A stretch of DNA of 64,000 bases, from contig CM120643.1 of the NCBI GenBank assembly GCA_051362555.1, forward strand, positions 20,774,848 through 20,838,847, given 5' to 3'. Within the stretch, counting starts at the first letter, position 1, and each line of letters opens with the position of its first letter. Source of the DNA: Lingula anatina (Eukaryota > Animalia > Brachiopoda). Position numbers and translations under genes: made by a program. Positions 52,668 to 64,000 of the stretch are shown here, piece by piece. A model generated the notes under the pieces. It was not told the DNA's origin. It ran no database searches and worked only from the letters and a program-made list of their open reading frames with translations.

Positions 52668-55600
52668 TCAGCTTGTGCTTTTCTTGGGCGTTCCACTTCT
52701 GGTGGCTCCCTCTGCTGACTTATTCCCTGAAGCAGCCAGTCCCATTGGAGACCGGAAGGTGCCTGCAGCCTCTGCCTTGCTGAGTTTGGCCTTGTGTGTG
52801 ACAAGATTACAGTGCAGTTTATACTCCTGCAGAGTTGAGTAGCTTTCTCCACATAAGGTGCATTTATACTGCACCTGCTCGAGCTTCAAAATGGACTTCA
52901 CCTCGTTGGGGTTCTTTCCGGGGTAACAAGATGCCCTCTGGTGACTGACGCAGGCATCGCGCTGGGGGAACACCAGGTGACACTTTTTGCAGACAAAACC
53001 CACGTCCACGGTGAACTCACTGGTGCACGCAGCATCACGTACACTCACAATGTTCTTGACGTCAGCCAATGAGAGACAGTCTTGTGTGTAGCGCGCCAGG
53101 GTGGTGTTCTGCTCTGCTATTTTTGAGACAACTGTTCTGATCGCTTGCTGAGGAATCTGGAGCAGCGCCAGCGGTGTGCCGTAGGTCATGGGGTCAAATG
53201 AGAACATGTTCTCCATTCCTAAAATTAGAGGAAAAACTTATACATATCCTGCCATTAGACTGCAGACAGACTGAAAAAAAGAAGTATTTTATTTTAACAC
53301 ATCTAATAGCAGTACTTAAGATCATGAAATCCACCTGAAATCTTAACAATGTAAACTTGAAAGACAAAAGCAAGCAGCACAGTTTTTTCATATGTCAATC
53401 TTCTGCCAAATGTCCTTAAAAAAACTCTTAAAAACCCACTTTCTCTCCTCGCATTGACACATGCACTCAACTTACCTCCAACACTATGGACCACATATAT
53501 TTGCATTCCAGTATTTTTCAAATTTTTATATGATTTGGTTGTTTTTTTTCTACTTGATTGAAGCATTTTATCATTTGCTTAATTTGATGAATGGGGCAAG
53601 CAGGTGGTAACTTACCATATGGACCCCCTGGAGGTGGAAAAGGCATCCCCAAATCATCAATCATGGGTATGCCTAATGAAGAGAAAGGGCTGAGGTAAAT
53701 GTAACATAGGAATGAGATTTTCACCATTTCCTCAGTCACAAGACGGACACCTTACAACAGAGCTGTATGCTATGCAGCAGCAGACGACAATGAGCTGTAT
53801 CTACATACACCATGCAGCCAAATAAGAGGTGGGGAAAGGCTAAGGAGGGACAAGTACACATCCTTGCAAACTGGCAACGTCCCCCCTCCCTCCATAGATG
53901 TTTCTTCCCATCTATATCTAAGCCCATTTTCATGCAAGCAACAAGTTTTACAGCCCTAAATGTGTAAAATATTTAGCACAGGTTCTGTCAAATTACAAAG
54001 ACTGAATATTGTTGGAATGGACGAGTCACTGCATATGAAATGGGTCCATATGGAATGGGTCCATTTCCAGGGAAACAACTTGAATGTAAATTGAAATAAA
54101 AGCCCAATGTGCCTTCATGCAGAAAATGATAATAGTAATTAGTGTTTGCACAATGATTTTCTCCATATTGACGTTTTCTTTTTCTTTTGAGGATGTGTAC
54201 CTGGGACAGAGATTTTGAGCATGCAGACATCAAACCAATAGTTCATTTATCAACATGCAAAGACTTGTCATTTAAAAACTGAATGACAAATGCAATTCTA
54301 TCTAATACAGCCATAAGGTGTCAAATTAAGTCAAATTAACTTATTCTTTTAATCAAAATGGTTTGTACAAAAGCTTGAGTGTGAATTTTGAAACTGAAAT
54401 ATCTCTAAACAATGATTATAAAAGCTGAACTTATGTCTGCAAGAGTCAGTTCTGGTTTTTGATGAGAAACAGGTTAGTATGGCATAGTTGATAATTTTGT
54501 CACAGAAGAAAAATAACAATAGTAATTATATGATAAAAAAATTACAAAGAAAACAAAATGAAGAGCTAAAATGCAAGATGTGCAACTCACATAATAATGT
54601 TTAGGTGAATATTTGGTCATCATATATTGATAAATAAGGCAGAAAAAAAGTAGAGTACCATGGACAAGTAAGGCACTTATACCACTTATAATGTTAGCAC
54701 AAGAGGTAATGGATTTGCAGAGGAGAAGGGGAGAATAAAGCAGGACCAATATCAATTTAATTATAACAAACAGGATTAATCTACACGAAACAAAGTTTGG
54801 GTGTAACAAAGCTCAACTTCTACAGAGCACTGGAGGTGATATGGACAGCATGAAAATACAACCCATGTAAAAAGTGTGCCACACTAATATTTTTACTAGG
54901 AATTTATACAGAATTGAAACTATGATATATGGAGTAAGACGGTAGGACACACTCCTGACTATATCATGGGGCTGTGACCTTCGGGGATTTTTACCCATAG
55001 GAGGAAAGGCAGTAATGACCATACAAGATGGAGATCCAGTACATTTTATACAGAGTGCAGCATTTCCATGAGAAAAATTCTTCCTTGCCATCTTCCCGTG
55101 TAAGATGACTGAAGGCAAGTATCCAGGTACAAAGACTATGCACATCAATTTTGGTCAAATAATGCATGCAAAAATGCTAATATACATGCATATGCACACA
55201 GGTACAGAGAAATATTCACAGGTGAATCTGCAGCGAGTGGCAGCAGCTCAGCTTAAAATTGTGTGGGACAAATGCTGCTGGAGAAATGTGTAGAGAAATG
55301 TGTGGAGAAATGTGTAGTATAGAGCCTGAGATATTGTACAGAGACCAAGTTTTATCAACCACTTGGGAAAAGTATCTTCATTTCACATATCCACCAGCCA
55401 ATGCTACACAGCTGTTAACTTCAGGGCCAGAATAATTGACTTAAAAAAATCCCACATCATTTCAAAATCTACACATGCTACTGGCTGTAGTGACTTGACG
55501 AAATGTACAAGGCAAAGAAGAGAAGTCTACTATACTTGTACAATAGCTTACCTTAAGAAACATGCAGCAGCTAAGCAACACCAAACACAATATTCATACT

Positions 55601-56524
55601 CCACCCAACAGAAAATCTCTCTCCACCACAACACAGACCATAGTGACACAGTTCTCATCACTTTCTTCAAATATGCACTTACTAAATTGTATTTCACTTA
55701 AAATTTTGAACAAAGATGAAAAATTCCCTTACTTTGCTCAGCAAATATATAACAAAACATGAGGACAATTGCTGGGTTTGTCTTATTTCACTGGGGGTGA
55801 AGGGAGGGGGGGGGGGTAAAACGAGTGCATGTACCCACTGTGCAAACCTGGGATCCCCCTTAATCAGCTTATGGAGACTGGTGTTAACCCATACACTTTT
55901 GTTATTTATTACAAAAATGAAATATCATATGAGATATGGTCACTATGATCTGTAACATTCCAGTAAAACTCTTTCACCATCATTTAAACAAAAATGTCAC
56001 ATAAAATATGCAATATGATCATTAATAGTATGTTTAAGTTATATCACAGAAAGATGATGTTCTAATATTGTACAGAATATACTCAATAATTATTTCTTTA
56101 ACTTGCAACATAACCCTGCCTTAATTTATTAAGTGAGCTCATATTCTGCAATTACTTCAGCTGTAGAGTCAATTAGAACATTTATGTCATCTAACTGGGT
56201 AGCTGCAATCAGCAATCAAACCCATTTTAAAATTACATAAATTTGTCAGACAGACAAATATAATTAACACCAAACTTTTTGCATATTATTATTCAAATTC
56301 ATTAACACAGATGTCAGGTTTCCTCATCTTGATTAGGATTCTAATTGCATACAAGCAATCCACCATTTTTGTTAACTCACTTCATTAATTAATATGTTTA
56401 CAGAAAGATAGACTTGTAATTTATACTTTTGAGAAAAACAAGTGAGGAAATATACCAAAACTTAAATCTTTAAACAAACAGTGATATTGATTTTACAAGA
56501 AAAACTTGTTGGTTTCAATTTCAC

Positions 56525-56569
<45 letters not shown>

Positions 56570-59500
56570 TAATAATAATAATAATAATAATAATAATATA
56601 AACTCATTTGCTTAAAGACATATTTCAAATATCTATTATCCAGAGAAAGATTGCAACAAACTGTCATCTTTGCAAACAAACATTAAAAACAAAACTATGA
56701 ACACCCCCACATACACTCTAATTTAAGCCTACCTGGAAAGAACCCTGGTGGCATAAATGGCATCCCCATACCAGGGAACATACCAGGCATACCCGTGTAC
56801 ATCAAGGGGTACATGCCAGCCTCGCCTCCTGGCACTGGGCCAAATGGGGAGAGCAGACTAGATGCCACTGAGCTGTCACTGGCTGAACTAGATGATGAGG
56901 TAGCAGAGTCCTTCTTTTTTCCTGAAAAATAAAGAAATTTTCCATAAAAAATTTATACAGACTGCGCAAAGGCAATTTATATGTATTGGCTAAAAATTGT
57001 GTTTAGAAGTCAACTAGTCTGCAAATGAAGTACTTCACTAAATCATGGCCTGCTTGGAGAATGATCAAAACAGAATGGTTTTATTAAATTTTTCATGAAA
57101 TGGATATAGTGGTGGAATTAGGCAGTATATACCCCCTTGATCTATTTACATACAAGAAATAATTAAGATTGTGAGATAATGCTGATTCAGTGTATGCAGT
57201 CACATAATAACATTACTTTTGAACACTTGCAGCTTTAAATTTCAAATCAAACACACAGTTTTTTTTTGTTAAACACAATCAACATCAAGGAAATGAAACT
57301 TTTTTTTCACTTTTCAATAAAATGTATTGCTATTTTGAGGATTATCACTGTAATCTGTGCCACAGCTTCTTAGCATACAATTTGCCATTGGTGTGTTTCT
57401 CTCACCTTCACTGTGTGCTGTAGATGCATCAGCATCATCTTTAGGTTCCTGTTTCACTCGCGTGGGAGTCTTAGCCAAGTCTTTACTGGAAGTGGCAGAG
57501 GGTTTTGGCTCTGGAAAAACATTTCCTGGGCTGACGTTACCAGATCCGGCAGCTACATAATTAAGAACAGGAATTATCAGAGGTTAATTATCAAAATTGT
57601 GCAATTAGCAAGATAGTAATGTGTGTTGGAGTGACACACCTTACTTTTATAATTACCACCAATTCATACCTGTCAGAATAAAAGTATTTATAGCCAATCG
57701 AAAATTTTGAATGAAATTAAGCACTTGTTTCATTTGATATTTGGTGAGACAGCTTAGCAAAGCCTGAACACCATACTTTGCATCTTTGTCTATAAAGGGA
57801 AGCTACAAGTCAAGTACTAAACCATGCTGTCAAATAATTATCAAAGGTGGAAAAATAAAACCTAACAAGATGTTTACCAGCCTTGCATAACTCAGTTATT
57901 CCACCTTCCTGCCTCTTTTGTTATGATACTACAGTTTTTTTAACTTATATAATGTGAACAGAATTGCTGAGAATAAAAGGTATACAGACTACATTGATGA
58001 GATATTATTACCTCCACTGGGCAGTCCCATGGCATTTAGTCCCATTACTCTCAGTTGTGCCAAATGTGATGCTTCGCTTGCCTCCATTAATTTTCTCATC
58101 TGCTCTGACTCGTGTTGGCGCAAGAGCGATGTCATTGGGTTGGCAAAGTTCTCCGCATCAGTCTCCTGTTGGATGTGTTTCTTGACATTCTCTATATGCT
58201 TCTTAGTAAAGATATGGTCCTGGACAGTGTACTTGTGTGAATACTTGAATTTGCACAGCTTGCACTCCTCTGGAGGGCGCGAGAACTCCAGCTCCTGGCC
58301 AAAGTGTTTGGAATACGCCAGCTTGGCCTTCTTCTCCTTGGCCCGGGCGTTCTGGAACCAGACCTGAACCACGCGCTTTGGTAGCCCTATGAACTGACCG
58401 AGCATCTCGCATTCTGCCATGGTGGGCGTCTTGTAGTCGGAGAACAGTGACTTCATCACCTTGATCTGGAGGTTGGTCATTTGAGTGCGGTAGCGTTTGC
58501 CTGGAATCCTGTGAGGCACCATGGAATTCATGGAACCCGACTGCGGTGAAAGTTCGTCGTCATCACAATTCTCCGTGCACTCAGAGTAGGTGTCAGAGCG
58601 GGAGTCGTCAAAACTGAAGTTGCGTGAGGAGTTCAAGTCGCCGTCGTTACTTCTCTCACTCATATCCGTAGTTGGTCCCTCCAGCACACTGTCCATTTCC
58701 GTCTTCACTCTGATTGGCTTACTGAGATCTAGTGGAGAATCATTGTCATCAGGTTTACTGACGGTGGACGTTGAAGAGGAATTTTTCTTGGGTGTCGTCT
58801 GCTCTGACATTCCACTGGAATGACGTGATGGGGTCTCAGAGGACTGTTTAGGAGGAGGAGGTGGCGGCAGCTGAGAAGACGGAGGTACCTGCTTCGGGTG
58901 GTGAACTGCCCCACTGAGCTCATCAATGTACTTCTTCAGGGAGTCCTCATAAATCTTCTTCATGGTCTGATGCAAGGGGTCTGTCATGGGTGGGAGACCC
59001 AGCCCTGGGGGTGGCATAAATGGCATGAAGGGGTGCATGCCAAAAGGTGGCGACAATAGAGGCTTGGTCTCACTGGCTGGGGAGGTGGCTGCTGAAGAAG
59101 GTGTGGAAGGGGAGACTGGACCCTCACTGGTGGCATCAGGAATGTCCTCTATCCTGATTTCTCCCTTAGCCATATCTTCAGGGTGTTTGGTGGCCAGGTG
59201 AGATTCCAGGGCAGACTTGGCCCTGAAAAGGGCACGGCAAAAAGGGCACCTCTTGTGAATCAACTGAGTGTGGGCACGATATTGACCTTTTCGTTCGCGC
59301 GCACGCGTGTTCTGGAACCACACCTGCACCACCCTCTTCTTCAGGCCCACTTCGGCTGCGATGTTCTCCAGCTGTTTTCTACTGGGGTTACAGTCCAGTT
59401 GGTATTTCTGATACAGATAGTCCAACTGCTCTGGGAGGATGGTGGTGCGGAGGCGCTTGTCTCTGGGCTGTCCATCATCCCTCTCATCATCTTCATCCAT

Positions 59501-62500
59501 GGAGACCTCAGAGGCCTTGCGTTTGTTGCCCATCTTGTCTTCCCGGTGCTGGCTGGCCACAGTCTGTAGCATAGCAAATGCACTGTCTGGTGGATATGCT
59601 GGAAACAAGTTAGGATTCATTAAATGAACATTCTGATGTTCTCTCCACAAATCAAAGCGTGTGAATGACAAATTACACTTTTCACAACTGAAGTTGGCCT
59701 CTTCTTTCCCAGATGACGCAGACTGCCTTCGTTCTCGAATTTTGCTGTCACTGTGATCTCCCTGTTCTGCCTCACTCTGATTGGAACTGCCAGTTGAGTT
59801 TGTGTCCTCATCTGCTATGCCAAATGCCTGTGCTAATGAAATATCCTCATCCTTATAACAGTACTTCTTCTGGTGCTTAATGAGCTCATAATAACGCTGG
59901 AACACAGTCAGGCATTTCTTACACTGGTAATTAAGCCCAGGCGTGCGCTGGTAACGATTTCCGTCGGTATCTTCAATCTCAACTTGTGGCTGATTTTCAT
60001 AATTTTTCCTGGCTTTCTGTCTCGCATTCTGAAACCACACCACAATGACCCTGGGGCTGAGGTTTAACACCTTGGAGAGGTGCTCCAATTCATCATCTTT
60101 AGGGTAGGCATTCTGCTCAAAACTATCTTGTAAAACCTTCAGCTGGTAGTCAGTAAATCGTGTGCGATTAGCACGTTTTCCAGATCCACTTAGACTATGA
60201 TTGGTGTCATCTGAATAATCATCAGAGGGTGTGGTAACGCGTGCACGCTGGTCATGGTTCTGTGTAGGAGTGCTGCTCATCATATAGTGTGAGGACTTAC
60301 TGAATGGTGTGGAATGGTCCTCTCTTGACATAGGGGGCAGTCCAAATGCGGCACTGATTGACATCCTGTTATGACCCAATGACGAGGGCCCTGGGGTTGT
60401 AGGGGTGGAAGGACAAGGGTCATCTGCAATACTGGACATGCCATCATCATCAGACTCATCATTGGATATCAGAGTATCGTGTTTATCTCGGTCATCATTC
60501 TCAGAGGACTTGGGGCTGAGGTTGCCCGTCTTTTCATACTCTGCTAGGTTCAGAGTGGTCTGGGGTGGTACACTGAAGTTGTATGGAGAGTCCTTGTTCC
60601 TCTGCCTCTCTTTAAACAGTGTGTTCCTGAACCAGTGTTTTATGACTTTCTGTGGCAGTCCGCTCTGCTCTGACATGGCAATTATTTGCTCCTCGCTGGG
60701 GGAGTTATTGATGTCAAAATGAGCTCGTAAGATCTTCAGCTGTTCGTCGTTGATGCGTGTGCGTGCTCTCTTCTGTTGCTGAGCAGCTAGCTGTTGTTGC
60801 TGCTGCTGCTGTTGTTGTTGCTGCTGCTGCTGGTGCTGCTGTTTCTGTGCAGCCATTAAGTTGGGGTCCAGCATTGGGAGGAACCCTGGGGGAGTGAACC
60901 CGTCCATCCCAGGCATCATGTGAAGACCCAGGGGTGGCATCATGTTCATCATCATGGGCATTCCAAGGGGGCCAAAGGGCAACATGCCAAACATGGGCAT
61001 CTGTGCTAGGTGGGCCATGTCCAGGGCCGAGGGGGTCAGGGGAGCCATGTTCTGGGCTTGGGACTGCAACACTGCTTCTGCCTGGCTAGTGCTGGGGCTA
61101 GCTGAAGTGGCCACAAATACGTCATCCTGCAGAGCAGTCTGGCATTTTTTCTCATAGTCCTCTCTGAAGTCATCTCCGATACGTTCCACATAATTTGTTG
61201 GCACCAGCTCCTTGTGGATCTCCTCCTGATGCGCCTTGAGCACCCACAGACTGGAGAACTGCTTCCCGCATGTCAAACATTCGCACTTGTTGATCTCTGG
61301 CAGGTCCATCTTCACTTCTTTAACTCCGCTTTTGCTGTCCACCTTTTCCTTCCTCTCCTCGTCCTCCTTCTCTTTGTCAGCTTCCTGTTCGCTCTCTTCC
61401 TTCTTCTCAACGACTTTCCTCTTCTGGTTGTACTCATTAAACTGCATGACGCAGTCAAAGCCAAAGTTCTCCAGGAGACTGCGCTGTGCTTGTATGCGTA
61501 TCCCTCTGGTGAGAGGTGGCTGGAAGTAGCAATACATCTGCTGGTGCTGGACCAGAACCTCATGGGAGTTAAAGATGGAGTTGCACTTTGTGCACACATG
61601 CATGGGAGGGTGTCCGGCAGCCTCACTGCTGGTGATGGCTCTCTCCCCCTGCTCCGAGATTGCAGACATTTTGGGTACTTTTGGGGTGCTGGGGGGATGC
61701 AGGTCATGTTGCATGCTCTCGGGCTGAGAAATTCTATTCCGGTGTATCTGTGAGCTCGATTCACCTAATGTGCTGGACATACCCTGTGTTAATACTGGAG
61801 GCTGAGCAACAATGGAGGAGGAGGAGGTGGCCGATGACGCGGCTGGGGATTGAGCAGCTTGCGCCTTCTGTTGCAGCATCTCCGCCAGCACTTTCTTATG
61901 GTGCTGCTGGGTTTTGGACTGCTGGTCTGGCTGCTCAAACAGAGGCTGTGAGAGGTCCACCTGGCCTGTCATGGCCAGCTCCTGCAGCTTGGAAGCCCTG
62001 GTCTGATGTAACACTGAGCGGATGTGGATATCAAGAGTGGAGCTCTGGCTGTAGGCAACCTTACATATGTTACACTTGTATGGCTTCTTATCCTCTGTCT
62101 GATTGCCTGATAGGGCAGGGCTGCTGGGCATGGGAGATGTGGATGATGTTGGTGCTGTCAACCCTGAAGAGGGCGCTGCAGCCAGGGCAGAAGTTGTAGG
62201 GTGTGAGCTCCCTACGATGGAGGTGCCCAGAGAGACCCCAGTAGATGTCCCAGGAGGGCTTGAACTGCTAGGGGTGAGGGGGCTGGTGGCTGAGGAGCTG
62301 TTACCCTGTGTTCCTTCAAAATGCTGTTGTTGCTGCTTTAGCTTATGGAGGTGCGACACCGAGTTGTAGTGAACCAGAAGTATGTTTTTCTGTGTAAATG
62401 ACTCCTTACAGGTCTCACACTTGAATGGTCTGTTGGGGTCCAGGTATTTCTCCATGGGGTAACTCAGCTTGTCACCGCGGCGATGGAGTAAGGTTTTGTT

Positions 62501-63360
62501 GTGCGCACTGAGGAAACTCTGCTTGGAGAATCCAACCTTACAGCGATGACACTTGTATTTCTTGGTGGGGTCATTGTAGCTGTTCTCAGCAAATGCCTGA
62601 GTGTTGATGTACTCGAAGTCTGACTGGGTCGAGTCGTTTGATGCCTCATTGGAGTTGTCGTTCACATCCAACATATCTTCCCCTCGACTCAAAGAATTCT
62701 CATCCACAGAAGGAGATTTGGTCATGTCTGATTCTCCCATGTTTGCTCCATCTGAGTTATCTATAGCCAAATGATCACCAGGAACATCATCTTTGTCCTC
62801 GTCATCTTGGTGATTGTTAGACAGTTGCTGTAGTGACTGTTGTTGCTGGGTCAGGATGACCAGTGGGTTGGCAGCCATTCGTGACTGGTAATCGGCTATC
62901 TCGGCCTCTGACATGGTCTCGAAGTGAGCAGCCTCCATGTGCTGCTGCATAGAGGCTACAGTACGGAAGCTGCGGTTACATATTATGCATTTGGTGGCAG
63001 CACGGATCATGTGGTACTGCTGGTGCTGCTGTAGCTTCTCCATGGTTTTGAACGCCAAGCTACACTGACTGCAGCGAAACTTATAGACGTGGCGTTCAGA
63101 TATGGCTGCCTGCTGTCGTTTGGCGTGAATTTCTCTGAAGTGAACCTGAAGGGACTGGGCCGTCTTGAAGTACTGGTTACAGCCTTTCTTCCAGCAAAGG
63201 TACCCGGGTCCGCGTGGTGTCTGCTTCAGCTCCAGGTGACCCAGCTCGTTTTGGTGTGCGTACAGGAGGTCGATGTTCTGGAATGTCTTGGTGCATGTCT
63301 GGCAGCGGTATTCATCATTCAAGGGGTGTTGCTCCAGGTTAATGAAGTCTGGGGATGCAC
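52668..63360 (-). CDS. ZFHX4: Zinc finger homeobox protein, ZFHX3/ZFHX4 (zfh2) orthologue, 3' part. Exons 63360-58012, 57552-57406, 56921-56733, 53672-53616 and 53218-52668; 5' exons lie beyond the window
   Basis: Four homeodomains (KHWFRNTLFKERQR, VWFQNARQKARK, VWFQNTRARERK, VWFQNARAKEKK), dispersed zinc fingers (NILLVHYNSVSH, STLDIHIRSVLH), a PLDLS CtBP motif and polyQ. Phase-1 GT-AG junctions keep the frame through the C-terminal fingers. The symbol denotes the ZFHX3/4 family. Confidence 0.93.
56529..56598. repeat. Poly(A) run followed by (AAT)n
   Basis: Read directly from the sequence. Confidence 0.9.
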
Positions 63361-64000
63361 CTAGAAAATACACAATATGAAATTCCATCATGTCATTTTC
63401 TCTTTGGTCTGAAAATGTCAATTTGTCTTTAACTGCTACAAACAAGGCTGAAAGATGAGAAATCTCTTTTTCCCTCAGACCTAGAATAGACCTATCCATG
63501 CACTCCATACATACACATGCACATTATAGGTATGTATGGAGTTCATGGATTGTCAGTTGTGCAAATCGTCAATTAAGTAACAAAACATGAACATAAATCA
63601 CATTACTTCTTCAGTGTAGATGCATTCAGTTGAGATCATAGTCCTATACTCCTATACTATTTCTAGGATCTAGTGTGCGTGTGTGTTTGTGTGTGTGTGT
63701 GTGCTGACATTTAGTATACAGTTTGAGGTATTTACCTTCAACATCTCCACTGAAGAAATATTTTTCAACTAACTGCTATTTGCAAATGAACAATTATTTG
63801 CAACTGCCACTGCATATCAAGCAGCTTCAAACAAGCTGCTAATTACTTCCTAGTTCAAATTGCCTAATTAGGACTAACTATCACCACTAAAAATTACTTA
63901 GTTATTTGAAGATAAGGTGAGAAACATTTTTCACACAAAACAGACCGCTTCTGATTTTTTTCCTAGACTGTTCTTAATTATTTGAGATCAAAATGAAGAT

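Noticed and set aside
53736-55148. Short minus-strand ORFs in ZFHX introns as extra exons
   Set aside because: No convincing paired splice sites that keep the frame, and no recognisable homology.
63361-63508. N-terminal 49 aa of the 1839-aa ORF as the ZFHX start
   Set aside because: Lies upstream of a clear acceptor (TTTTCTAG at 63361), so it is intronic; the true 5' exons are outside the window.

Overview
AT-rich, intron-containing animal (invertebrate-like) genomic DNA, not prokaryotic; no rRNA, tRNA or CRISPR was seen. (1) 1-28.9 kb is a tandem cluster of six C2H2 zinc-finger transcription units (here called A-F, roughly 78 fingers counted by eye). They are built from large exons joined by phase-2 introns, share a promoter motif, and carry a recurring non-finger motif (VKVEP...ENGAGTLxDIQL, plus a CxxC...CxxC module). 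Two upstream exon types and two terminal exon types occur in all four combinations, and two terminal exons are decayed. (2) 29.2-33.2 kb is a scrambled hairpin-repeat array holding a full-length degenerate Tc1 element and ending in a minimal Penelope-type hammerhead motif. (3) 34.0-41.1 kb (+) is an 8-exon gene, largely missed by the ORF track, with an intron-split integrase-type HHCC zinc domain (NOL4/KRBA2-like). Its last intron holds an Academ derivative with a nested L1/Tx1 remnant. (4) METTL9 (-), 6 exons. (5) The 3' part of a four-homeodomain ZFHX3/4 (zfh2) orthologue (-). Several MITE families and an RTE fragment are interspersed. All gene models were assembled by hand from splice signals and reading frame; none is confirmed by transcript data.
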